Part shown: positions 25,679-38,673 of the stretch, in pieces | How the letters are laid out: each line of letters opens with the position of its first letter | Position numbering within the stretch: position 1 is the stretch's first letter | Source: Dimorphilus gyrociliatus | Taxonomy: Eukaryota > Animalia > Annelida | Direction: 5' to 3' | Length of the DNA: 64,000 nucleotides | Assembly: GCA_904063045.1 (NCBI GenBank) | Contig: CAJFCJ010000006.1 | Coordinates: 4,418,408 to 4,482,407 of the forward strand | Notes under the pieces: generated by a model | The model's database searches: none | Told to the model about the DNA's origin: nothing | The model's input: only the letters and a program-made list of their open reading frames with translations | Made by a program: the position numbers and the translations under genes

Positions 25679-27589
25679 ACCATTTCTTTTACAAATTTCG
25701 TATTAATCTAATGTACTTAGTCTTTTTAGTTTATACATTCAACTATATTAATTTATTCAAAAAGTAGTCAATCAATCAAAGTTGTGTCATTGATCGATAT
25801 TTACTTCTTTGTCTCGGTTTAAATAACCAAACTCTGTATATATCAATTAGTAAACGAATAATTTCATAGAGAGAATTTCTATTAAATGTTACCCAACCGA
25901 CATACAAGGATGTTTTAGACAATTAATACAGACACGCGCTAATCTCAGCTTTCTATAGCTTTATTAAAGAAATTACCAACGGCGCTACTCACGCAGTGAC
26001 GGCGGCGTCTCTGCAGGCAGCCCGCCTTAACATGCGCTCAACGTATATGGAAATCAATAAACACACACCAGAATGACTGGATACAAACTATGCAGTAAGA
26101 TTACTTTTCTTCCTCTTCCTTAGCTCTTACGGCATTTAGCGTTACATTTTCCTCAAGTATATACGGTAACACATGTCCTGTATTAACTGTGTTTAAACCA
26201 GCTAATGAATCGATTAGAAATTTTACAGTAAATCATTTATTTTACAGTGTTATGTCTCTAATTTTTTTTTCTCTTTCACTTTGTATTCACATATAAGTTG
26301 TTTGTTTGCGTAAATTGAAGGCTTTTCTTTTGCACCATTGTTTGACTCTTTGATGTCTTAACATCTCAATTAATTTTCAATATACACTGATTTTGTACAT
26401 TATGATAACAGGTGAATGAGTTATTTATATGATTAATTTTTATTCTATTTGTTATATCTCTTTCAACGTTATTGCTTTAGTTGTTCTCGTTTTATTTAGT
26501 AAAAATCAGCTATATTTCATTCCTCCCTTCCCATTTCATCATGAAATTTTAGCCCGCCTTTCTCCCCTCTCTTCTGCTTCCTCTATTTGCAAACCTCATT
26601 CGTTATCGGTCTTGAGAGGTTTTATTTGATTTTTTTTTCTCTTAAACGTTAAATTGATATTGTAGAAGAACTGTGTCTATTACTTTCCATTAATATATAA
26701 CATATATATATAAACTCAGCATGTATACATCTATGTTGTATACAATATGTGCTGTAAAACTACCTTCAACTGAGAAATCTTTATGAAATAAAATCGATTT
26801 CCCGTATTCATGACTCGAAGAGAGGAAGATAGACTGTGCAAATCGTTTCTACTGTCGCTTGCTTTTCAGTAGGAATTTTAGAGAAACAGAATTTAGACAA
26901 GACTAATTGCTTGCCATTTTAAGCAGGATTACTAAAACGTTCTTGGCTATTGCTCATTGCTGCTACAAAATATTTAAGTACCCTTCTCCTTGTCATTTAT
27001 GGAAAAAGGGCCAACGAAATTTATCAATTATATCGAGTACTATTTATCTAATTAAGTGATGAACTTTCTCTTCTTGTTTTTTTGTAAATAAACATTGTAT
27101 TATTTTGAAAATAGACGCCCTCTGGTGCTGGGTGCGGTCGATTGTAAAACTGTGTCAACTCTGCAAAAAAATGACGGCTCAAAAGGATTTTGTGTGTACC
27201 CATGCGATGTTTTTTTTTTCGGGACTCGTCCCTAGGCAGGTTGTCTTTATCGAAACTCTTAAAATTTTTTTTATCTCTTTTATCGTTAAGAGATAATGGA
27301 ATATTGAATTTAACTGCTTTTAATGCTGATCTATCATATGTAGTATTAAGTTTATTCTATATTTCGTTGTAATGGCAAATTTTATGGTATTGTTTAAAGT
27401 TTTTTTTTAGACAAAGAATCTGTATTTACTTAAATATTCCTATTAATATTTGAATTGTGATATTTCTAATATTTATGTAAAAGAATATATATGGAAAAGT
27501 AGATAGTATTTCGCCAATCAACGCCTAATTGGCATTGTTTTTCTGAAAGAATATATTCTTTATTTTCTTTTTTTCTTTCTATTTTACAG

Positions 27590-28534
27590 AATGAATTATT
27601 TCAAAAAATCACTAAACGTTTCCCATCTAAAAAAGAAGAAAGAGAAGAAAAATGCGAATATGTTGTAAATCCTCACATAAAGGTATTTATCACTTTTTAT
27701 ACTCACATATTTTTTATTAATATTCAATATGAAAGTATCTATTTAAGTATGAAAACGATTCTTACCATTGTTTAGAATTTTTTTTAAACAAAATCTATTT
27801 CATCATTTCAATAAGATCTGTTCTTATTTTTTTTTTTTAATGTTTGTAATATTAAAACTACTTTTTTTTATTTGTTTAATAGATTGCTCAATTCCCTTTA
27901 GGTTATAATTTATATATATATATATATATTAGTATATACATTTACTATACATTTTCAATAGTATTATAGAAATTTAGATATGTAATATACTTAAATGTAT
28001 TAATAAACTATTTATTATAAAGAATGAATTGATATATGTACCTTGTCGACATAGAAAAAATACTAGTTCATATAAAATTGCTTTCTATTTTCTATTTTCT
28101 AACATCTTTTCAACAATATAAAATAATTAATAAGATATTTTATCTCTCTGTGCTATGGGACAAGCCTTTCTAACTTTTAAATGTTATCTAAGAACTGAGA
28201 TTTTAGTCCTATAATTATACGATTCGCTTAATAGAAAATCCAAACGTTGTAAAATAAAACAAATATGATCATTGGGGAAGGGGAGAGAGGGAGAGTTGGA
28301 CTTTTATCCCACTCTCTTTATGCCTTTATTTCTATTTCCTCCTTCTGTGTTTCTTATGTCCCTTTCATTCTTCGTTTGTTTTCATTTCTATAGACTATAT
28401 TATAAATAAATAATATATATATATATATAAAAACATATTTATAAATTGGGCATTTTTGTTAGTTGTGAAGTATTTATATCGATTTTAAAACGTATGTTTG
28501 CTATAACGATTCGCTAATCCTAGAATATCCATCG

Positions 28535-28583
<49 letters not shown>

Positions 28584-28935
28584 TGTATATATTATAAAGT
28601 ATGAATAGACGGGGCAGAAAAAAAGCAAGTAATGGTGCGACCTGTTAGTGGAAAGTGTCTAAAATTCAGTGTAATTGATACTAAAAGAGAGAATTTATAT
28701 ACAGTAAACACTGTATGTATATATGTGTAATTTCAGGTTTTATTTATTATTTAAATACATAAAACCTGTAAGGCTCAAGTATTTTTTTTATAGCTTTTAT
28801 ATTAATTTTGCACTTATATAGTACTCGGGTAAATTTTTATGTGTAATACATAAGTAATATGAGAAAACAAGAGAATAAAATAGTTTGCAGTGTACTGTAC
28901 AAATAGTAGAGCTTGATTTTAAAATATGCGCTTTG

Positions 28936-28971
<36 letters not shown>

Positions 28972-31390
28972 GTCTTTAATGAAGCAGAAACGTCAGTCGT
29001 CAACTGAAGTTGAGAAAGAAATTTCAATGGAGGACAAAGGCGTTACCCCCGTTTTTACGGAATTTGATCCTGATAAAACTCCTTCTTGGTCTTGCAGTCT
29101 AGATGATTTAGATAAAGTTAAACCACTGGCCAATGAGGGGCATAAACATCGTTTAAAAATAAGGCCTAAAGTTCGACCTCCAACTCAATTGGCTAATAGG
29201 AAGGCCAAGAGCAAGGTTTGTTATTCGATGAATTAACCTTTATTTGCATTAAATTAGGGAACAGAAGGATAATTGTTCCTTTATTATTGAAATCGTTTCT
29301 TATTACACTTTAGAAGGCTCCGCTACCCCCCGACTCTCCTTCTAAAGGATTAGAAAAAGAGGTTACTAAAATTAGAATACCCTCTGGTGAGAAAAGCCCG
29401 AAAGTGCCCAGGACACCACCTCCCAAGCCTTTATCTTTAATTAAAGAAAACTCGTCTAAATCTAAGGATATAAGCGGGATTGAGAAAAGTAATGAGGTGG
29501 AAAAAAAAGGGGATGTTGCTAAAAAAACCGAAGAGAATGCTAAAACCCCTCCCACTAGGAAATCGGAAACTTTGGCTAACTCGACGTCACCTGCTAAAAA
29601 GACTCCCGAGTCTCCAACTCCTCTATTAAGAGCCAGTAGGAGAAGTAGAAATAACTCGGGTAGTGGAAATGAAGGCATACATAGTCCAAAGCCAATTACT
29701 TCCGGTAAGACTTTAACAAGAGTATTCTTTACTCTAATAATGCTTTAATAGTATCAGAAAATATGGTACCAGTTCCGAAACCTAGGGCTATGCCAAAGGA
29801 ACCTTCACCTATTCCAAAGCCAAGACTTTCAAAGGAGTTCAAAGAACCGAGAGCGTCATTAGGAGAATCCTCCTCGCTCCCTCTTCCCTCAAAACACGTG
29901 GAAACAGTGCAAAAGTTATCAAGTAATGAGAAACCATTTGAATTAGCATCGACTAAAGTTTGTGATATTAAACGATCCCATACCACGAAGACTACTCGTG
30001 TCAGCCCTGAAGCTGATAAGTCTAAAAGAAGATCAGTTGATATCGAAGTATTAGCGGCCAATGAAAAGCAAAATTCTTCTAGTGAGACAGTCAATAGAGC
30101 TATAGAAGAAAAAAATAAGAAAATAAATATAGATAAAGGTACAGATAAGGAAAGGATCTCTTTAGTCGATAAAAATGTAGCGGCTAATAAGGAAAACCTA
30201 TCAAAAATTTTATCTCGTAATTCAAGCGTTGTAGAAAAAGTCGATCCGGAAAATTGCTCTAAAATTGCAGAGGAGTTATTATCTGGTGAAAAAGAAATGA
30301 AAACAACTGAAACAGAGCCTGTAGTTCTTCGTAGAACTCTCTCAGTTGGAAAAGAAACCGCTAAAGGTCAAACAGAAGGCGGGAAGAGGCAACCGGATTG
30401 GATAGCCGAGGCTAAGAAGCGAGCCTCGACATGGAAAGATCCGGATGATAATTCTCCAATATCGGGTGAATTTGAGGAGATTGAAGAGAAGAAACCTGCA
30501 GCTTCCCCACGTTCCCCTTCAACTGCAAAGAAAGCGAATACACTTCCGACACCAAAAGCTGATAACGCTGTCGCAGAGACGACAGCAGACGAGAAGACAT
30601 TAACAAATAAGCCGGTCTTTCGAAAATCAGATGGAATTCAGCTTAATGAGGATAAGAAACCGATTATAAATAAACCTAAGCCGGTATTTGTGCCAAAGGA
30701 AATTAGGGCGGACGTTTTTTCTAAAGGCTCCTCTGAAGTAGACCTAGTTAAGCCTAGTGATTTAAAAAAAGTTACGACTAAAACAAGCCAAAATTCATCT
30801 ACAAATACCCAAAGTGATTCACCAGCCGCTGATAAGGCGAACAAAGAAAATAAGCCGAAGGTAAATTATTTATATTTTCTGATATTTTTTCAGTCGAAAA
30901 TCAATATTTACGCAATTTTCTTAAACTTGTCTTTTAAATATTACTTTTCAACTGCAAAAAACACTGGAAAATTATAAACATAAAACAAAAATTGGTACTT
31001 TTGAAAGAATACATTAAGAATGTTTTTATCATGAAATTTTAGGTTGAACAACAAATTCAAGTCTTTGAAGGGGATTATTAATAAATGAATAGGTTCTTTA
31101 TCTATTAACATATATATAGTTTGCAATGTAAATATGATTCTAGTATTTTATATGCATTATTGATTAGCCTTGATTGAAAATGATGTAATTATGATTATCA
31201 CCTTTAATTGCTTTATATATTTTTTATTTTTTCAATTATCATGAATATTATTAATAGATCTTTTTTTCTTTAAATATAGGAGAGTAGTACACCGCCTCAG
31301 GAAGACTTGAAAACTACAGATACAAAAGGATCTAAGCCAAGATCAACTGTATCAAACTTGACAAAATTATGGGAAAGCGGTGTTCGGTGA
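27590..31390 (+). CDS. Low-complexity Pro/Ser/Lys/Glu-rich protein with a capping-protein-interaction (CPI)-like motif, CRACD/CapZIP-like; 5' end unresolved
   Basis: Phase-consistent exons at about 27590, 28985, 29313, 29757-30860 and 31280-31390. Motif LANEGHKHRLKIRPKVRPPT resembles CPI/DUF4592 motifs; C-terminus VSNLTKLWESGVR. Confidence 0.6.
28538..28590. repeat. (TA)n microsatellite ending in TACTGTA
   Basis: Seen directly. Confidence 0.9.
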
Positions 31391-33230
31391 CATCAACTTT
31401 TCGAATATCTTTTTAAAGGAAACAAACAAAAGCAATTTTTTTTTGCAGTATAAAAAATATTGACAATTTATTTCTTTATTTAAAATATCTTCCTCCTTTT
31501 TTCTTTTTTGCTTTTATTTTAATTAAAATAATGAATTTTTGAGTAAAGAAACAACATATTGAAAAAAAAACGGGAAAAAGAATTGTAATAGCAGCACTAT
31601 TATTCAAATTTAATGAAAAGATATCTTTTAAAAACTATATAAAGTCGGTAGAGAAAAGAAAGATTAGAAGAGAAATTTTTAATAGAAATATTTATGAATT
31701 AAAGAGAATTTTAATATTTAAATATAATTTTTATAATATTTAAATCGGTGCTGGAAAGACAAAAATTTTTTTTTTGGCTCAAATTGAACAGCAGCTTCAT
31801 TGCTGTTAAATTGTTTTTAATAGAGATGTGAATAGAAATAATATATTTAATATATGCAATACGTGTGTAATTATTGTCCAAAAGATATTGAAATATTTAT
31901 ATATGTTTAATTATTGAAAAGATAAAAAAAGTAAATTTCGCAATACATTTAGAAAAAAGTGCTAGTATTTCTAATTAACTAGAATTTTTCAACTTTATCT
32001 TCTCTTCTTCTTGATAAACTCTTTTATAAATAATATAGTTATTTACTAATGCCTATTAGTCTTTTGATAAGATTATCTACTATTGAAAATCATAATATAT
32101 TCAGTCTATAAACTTATTTTTATTGTGATAATCTCTAATAATAATAATCTTATTAATCGTCATTCTCATAACAGGTAATAAATCTGTAAGGTGAACGATC
32201 TATAATCATTGTTTAAGAAAACAGGGTTTTTAATCTTAAGAGGTACTTTATCATTCTTTCAATTTTCCAATAATAGTACTTCAATATGCTTCTAGAGAAT
32301 GGAAAATATGGTCTAAGCTGCTCGTGCTGTTGTTATGGAAAGGAGAACTAAAAAAAGTTGCAATTATAAAATAAAGCGAAAATTTAATTAATCTATAAAA
32401 TATAACATGAAAACATTGTATTTCTTTCTTCTAAGTGCTTCCTAAAACAATCTTCTCGCATCAATCTTATATTCCCTATTAAGGGATAAGTAAATTTATC
32501 GCATAAATGATCTTTTGGGTTAAGGCTATAATAAAAAAAAATGTAATTATATGAATTATACTATAACTTGTATACGACAGCCATCGTAATACAACATAAA
32601 AGGGAATTTTAAATCATTTTCCATGGTTATTAATACTAGGGCGATTTATTTAATTATACTGAATATAGAATATAACCTATTTAAATCCAGAGTCTCTTAT
32701 TTTTTTTCCCAATCGTTTTTATTCCCTAAATAATTCTGATGGAGGAGAGAAGTTTCTTATTATTTATAAGAAGAAGAAGAACATGAAAGATGTATTTGGG
32801 GAAAAGGGAGAAGAATAAATAAAGAAATTCCCCAATTAGAATTGCAAAGATGTTTTCATTAAAAGATAACAGAGCCGCTTTTATACTATTTAAGTAGTTG
32901 CAATTCGTTGTTTATTCATAATCAATTACTTTAGCTTAGTTATTAAACGATGCCAATTATAAAGTATTGACGAAGCAATTAACAATTCATTTTGACTATT
33001 TCCCTTCTATTATTCTTTATACAGATAGTATTATTACTCTGTTTAACAAACACGTGATAATTACTTGTTTTGTTATCGAAATGCGAATATTCTATGTAAC
33101 GTAAATTGATTAAATTAAATCATTAATGACTTTTTAAACAGTTTGAATAAAATATAGGTTAAAACTTGAATAATAACAACAATAATAATAATATTAAAAG
33201 ATTTATCAACAATTAAAAATAGGATAAAAA

Positions 33231-33964
33231 ATGAATAAAAATGAAAAATTAAGACTCAAACATCTAAGTGATTCGAGACTTTCTAGGACAAGATCAAATT
33301 TAATTGAAGCGAGAGATCTAGACGAAAATAGTTGCAAAGATGAATTTTCTAGTAGTTCGGAAAGGAAACTTTTAGAGGAGAAGGTTGAAAAGGAACTGTC
33401 TAGAACAAAGTCAATACAGAGTATTCAAAGTACTGCAAGCAAGGTTAGTAGAAAAAGTGAGAGAATTTCAACGTTAAGGATAAAAACTAGAACAGAAATA
33501 TTAGAACAAAATCAATTTCTTTCGGATTACGACGCCGAAAAAGAGCTACAATCTAAAAATGATACTCTTCTGGCAAAAGTTAGAATCAATGCTTCAAAAG
33601 CATCACAATCAATGATTCCTTTCCTTAAACATTACGAAGATAATATATTTTCACAAATGGAAGACAGAAGTTTATTTTCTTGGGAATTTTGTAAACTTTA
33701 CCAATTTTTCGAAATGAATAAATTAAGAGAAGATATTATTAAATCTATTATGGAAGCTAATCGTCTCTTATCTTCATTATCCGCAAATGCAACAATAGTA
33801 GAAAATCTATATGTAAATAGTCCAAGTAAGTTAATAATGCAAGATTAACTAATTAATTATATAAATTAGGTTATAAAAAAAGAAAATCCTCTATATTTTA
33901 CTTTCAAAAAGATCTTTCAGCAGAGAAGATTGATTTGAAGAGAAACACGCAAGAAATTCGTTAA
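33231..33964 (+). CDS. Orphan protein: 205-codon ORF plus a probable short second exon
   Basis: ORF 33231-33848; donor CCAA|GTAAGT and acceptor AATTAG|GT give an in-frame tail SYKKRKSSIFYF..QEIR* ending at 33964. No family recognised. Confidence 0.5.
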
Positions 33965-34605
33965 ATAACTATTGGCTTTTATAGTGAACAAGTCTAAATT
34001 GGACTTTAAACAATCAAACCAAGTTGAGGAATACAAGTTATGAGTTTTATGCGTGTCCGTGTGTGTACATGTGAGTGTATCTATCATCCTTTAATATCAG
34101 AAGAATATAGATCAATAAAGGTTTTATTCTCTGAGAAAGAAAGGTTTTAACAGTATATCTTTACAAGTTCTTTTTCAACATTTTCGTATTGTAGTACTGT
34201 AAAATACTATATTAATAATCACATACTGCATCTAATCAAAATATGGGTAAAAAATCTCTAAAACTATAATATAATAATCATTTTAGTTGATTCTGTTTAA
34301 ATAGAAGGAAAAAGATTAAGAAAAAAGACTGCAGTAGAGATTTTTTTTTACTTCTCTTCAATTTTTCAACATATAAAAAGTCAACAATAATAATAGTTTA
34401 ATTGTAAAAAGACAGAAAGAACGTAGAGACGTAATAAGAGGTTTCAAGCATCTCTCTTTTTCTCTTATCCTCATTAAGATATTTTTGCTATCCCGTCTTT
34501 AAAATAAAAATACTGACTTGTAGAGCTTCAAAGAAATCTTTGATCAATATTTTTCCGTTTAAATTGTGCGGTTGTATACAGCTTATGCGGAAGGGAGGGA
34601 GATTA

Positions 34606-34619
34606 AGATAGACAGATAA

Positions 34620-34651
<32 letters not shown>

Positions 34652-34652
34652 A
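34606..34652. repeat. (GATA)n tetranucleotide microsatellite
   Basis: Seen directly. Confidence 0.85.
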
Positions 34653-35256
34653 TAGAGAGAAAGTTTCTGATTTATCCAAGAGGAAATAAATTCTACGTCC
34701 ATTTCTTCTCAAAAAAGCTCAGAAAAAGGGAAAGATTAATTAATTTATATAGTTTCCTCCTTCCTTTTCGTTTTTTCTCATAGAGTATCTCTAATTTATT
34801 TCCCGACTATTAAAAGAGCAAATATATCTTGTTAAATTTTCTTTTTCTTTTTCATTTTCTCATTATATTCTATATAAAAACTTTCAAAAAAGGTAAAGAT
34901 GAGAAGATAAATAAAACGGTTGTCTACGATTGGCTACTATGCGAATTCCTAACAAGAGTTTCTGTTGTCATTTGATGTTCTCTTTCTGTTGAAAAAAAAA
35001 AAACAAATAGTAAACAACCAAAATATTGAATAAATTTAAATATTAATATCAATTATTAATATTCTTGTTTATTATAGATCAGTATATAACGAGAAAATAA
35101 GATTCATTAGAATGATTATATAGCACCTTTCGTTTTAAGTCTCTATAGGTAATTGTATTAAAAGTATCTAATTATTTAAGAAGAGGAAGAAAAAAAAAGA
35201 AGTTAAACTCTATATATATTAGAAAATTGTGTAGGTTTCCTCGCTGATCTCTTTTT

Positions 35257-35291
<35 letters not shown>

Positions 35292-35598
35292 ATATACGTT
35301 AAACATCCCTCTAAATAACTTAAATTTATTAAACTTCATGCTGAAAGTTATGGAAAAAACATAAAATAGGAGAGACATAATAATTCATGCTTGAATATTA
35401 TTTTTCCATATTGTTTTAAAGAGGAAAATTAGCCCAAATATTTATCTATATTAAAAAAAAGAAGTTAATTTTTAATCTAAAGAATAAATCGGAAAGAGAA
35501 TGATTATTATTTATTTTTTAGTTTTTAAAATTTCCTTCTTTCTTTCTTTCTTTTTTAATGAAAAAAGCATAAAGAATATAAATCGCTAATGCAGTTTA

Positions 35599-35641
<43 letters not shown>

Positions 35642-35880
35642 ATGGAAAGTTTAATGAAAGTAGTGAAAAATAGTTTACAAAGAAATATGAATATACTGTA
35701 TATATATATATACACTACTACATATTTAAAATATATACATATTAAAATATGCTGTATACTGTAGTAGTGTGTATATAATCAGCTTTATTAATGATAGATT
35801 ATTACTTAAAAAAAATAATAATAAAGAAGAGAATTCCTTGAAAAACCACGTCAGATTTTTAATAATTTTTGTCCTTACCA

Positions 35881-37030
35881 CTAAAACAATGAAAATCGCT
35901 TTCGTCTGGATTGTTGCCTTACATTTCCTAATATATTCATGAAACAAATTGTTAAGCACAAAAGATAGATGAAGATGATTTACGATTTATTAAAAAAATT
36001 GGAATCTTTATTATACTGTATATATAAAATCCTTTTTTCTCTTTGTTAAATTATACAAATGTCAAAATAAAAGTATATGGCGAATATATACAGTATGTTA
36101 GATAAATATTAAGGAGAGGATTTGATATTATTGTTTACATTTCTTGTACTTACGTCTATTGAGGTCAGTCTCCTTCTTACTGGAATGAATATAGACAGCT
36201 GGATAGAAAACCACAGGTATAAGTGCAAAAATCACAGAGATTATTATAACTGCAACATGATCTCTTTTCCTTATGGAACATTTATAATCTTTACTCCACC
36301 TTTGTCGTGTACTGTATATTACATTATTTAAATTTAATTATAATCCATAGTTAGTCCTTTCATCTAGTAGTCCTTACCGATTAACTGCGTCAACTATATC
36401 CATACAAATCTCTCCCGTATCCTCAGCCAAATCCTCATACAATTTGTTCAACGCCGTATATTGTTGATTACAATGCGAACAAACTGATAGATTTCCACTA
36501 GTTGTATTCCATTCACACGTCAACATATTATCGGCTAATTTCTGAAAATGCTTTGTATGATTGCTAACAATAATCTCCAGAGACCCGTTTTTTGTTATTA
36601 GAGCTTTTTCAAAACACTTTGAACAGAAGCAATTATTCCATAAATTATTTATATAATCTCCTGTTTGTTTGACTATATGAACCCTATCTAAATTTAGAGT
36701 TGCATCACGGCACGGCCGATTTTTCCAGTCAACGGGGGATCCATGAAGAATTGTCTGGTAATAGTCATTTGCTAACAAATATTGCTTACTACAACTCTGG
36801 CAAATTTGAATAGGACTTGCAAAAAGAATGGAGCAAAGTGTGAAGTTTGCAGCTGCTTCTGCAAACTTGTCGATGAATGCTTCGCAGGAAGATTCGATGG
36901 GTGAAGATCCTCCAAAAGCTTTCGATGCAAGGACGTCTGCTTGAACTTCCTTGTCCAACTCTCCTCGAACAATCACATTACAAACTATAAACAAGAATGA
37001 CAAGTATTTTCCCAGAGTTTTCGTCATCAT
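35881..37030 (-). CDS. OSTM1: Osteopetrosis-associated transmembrane protein 1 (ClC-7 beta subunit), 3 exons
   Basis: Signal peptide and Cys-rich lumenal domain (C..C, LDRV, LWNNCFCSKC, CMDIVDAVNRTRQRWS..C), TM VAVIIISVIFALIPVVFYPAVYIHS, basic tail. Confidence 0.88.
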
Positions 37031-38673
37031 TTTTAACAAAATTGTAAATGTTCAAATAATGGGCGGTTGAGAAATTACATTTATTACTTCCGAAATATCG
37101 TCTCGTCGTCTGCTACATTATAAATAAAAAAAACTTGTATTTTGGTGTAGTGTTATATATGCTAATGAATATGCATATATTTGTATTAGCCAATCAGATA
37201 TAATAATACATTTTCTGCACTTTATGCTAACTCTACAAATATAAATGATAGATTCCGTACCAAAACTATACTTTAATCAGACCGATATAACTAACATAGG
37301 CTTTAAAAAATAATTAAAAGAAAATACTTTTCAACTGTAAGAATTCAATTTTTAAAGAAAAGCAACTTTCATATCATATTGAATTTTTTTCTTTTATGTA
37401 TACAAAAAAAAGTCTTGTTTGAACAATCACGTTACAAATACTATAGAAAAGTGTAATTTAGAATCTCCACTATTTCAATAAAACAAAATCATCGGATAAG
37501 AAAAGACAAAACTAAGATTATATTCATATATTTAAAAGAATAAAGTGAGGAAATGATATATTTTACCTTGTAAATTTTCGATTACATTAAGATTTCTAAA
37601 GAATTAATCTACACTTGTTTATTACCTTGTAAAATATACGTTACAGCAGGAAAATTACACGTATTATTCTAGATTATAGCATTTCCTTTCTAATGTAATA
37701 AATATTGAACAGTTTTGTGTTTTGTGAAGGTGGGTGGAAAGGGGAGTGAATTTCCTATGATCATATGATCTCATATAATCAGTTTCAAAAGATTCGAACT
37801 TAATATTAAATTTCTGCTCGTAATACGTATTGGCCTGGAACGTCTTTATATAATCTTCATTCACGTAGTGTGGACTTTTTATATTATAAAATTCTGAATG
37901 TTAATGAGAACTCTACACACAAATATATTGATATTCATAAATCGTTCCCGCCAATATTTATCTTACCTTTACCTAGTATTTTACTCAGTCAGCAATACAC
38001 CTAAGCATTTCTATTATTGACTTAAGTATATAATTTCGTTGTGTATTATACACAAAAACATAATTAGTTATAAACTAACTTACAGCTATAAAATGTATAA
38101 AAATCTTATTATCGCTCAAAAAAGCATGGTTTTTTATCTTATATTCTACAAATAAACGGCTTAGTTTTTATGTTTCATATGCCTTTCATGCTAACCTAAG
38201 AAGATATTCAAAGTGCCATAGTGTTATGTTGCTTAAATGTAGGTCAAATATTTATTGGTGCCTATTCTGAGAAATTTCGCTTAAAGAATATGGCCTTGAA
38301 TCATAACTTATCAAAATTATCAATTAGCATCTTTGCTTTCTTGTCAAATTTATTTAGAAAATACCTTAAGATCTTAATATTTGTTTTACAGCAAAGGAGC
38401 TGGTAATTATCTTTGAAAGATTACGTTATAGAGGACTGAAGATTTTTGATTAAATGTTGCAAGCTTCTTAATAATAAAATGAATAAACAATTACATTAAT
38501 CGACATTGTATTCGAATGTTTCCTTTAACGTACTTCGAACAAGTCAATTATGATGTCCAAGGATATATTCACTGATTTATTAATCAGAAAAAAAGTAGAG
38601 TTTGCAAAAATTGATTCCCTCTGCTAGCTATATCCCTGAATCATCACACAACCAATATGTAAATATTGTGTTG

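Noticed and set aside
32290-32400. Short exon-like segment encoding ENGKYGLSCSCCCYGKEN*
   Set aside because: No compatible upstream exon or start found; too short to support.
37560-38340. Possible small minus-strand gene between OSTM1 and ETF1
   Set aside because: Fragments such as ORF 37664-37864 could not be spliced into a consistent frame, and no family was recognised.
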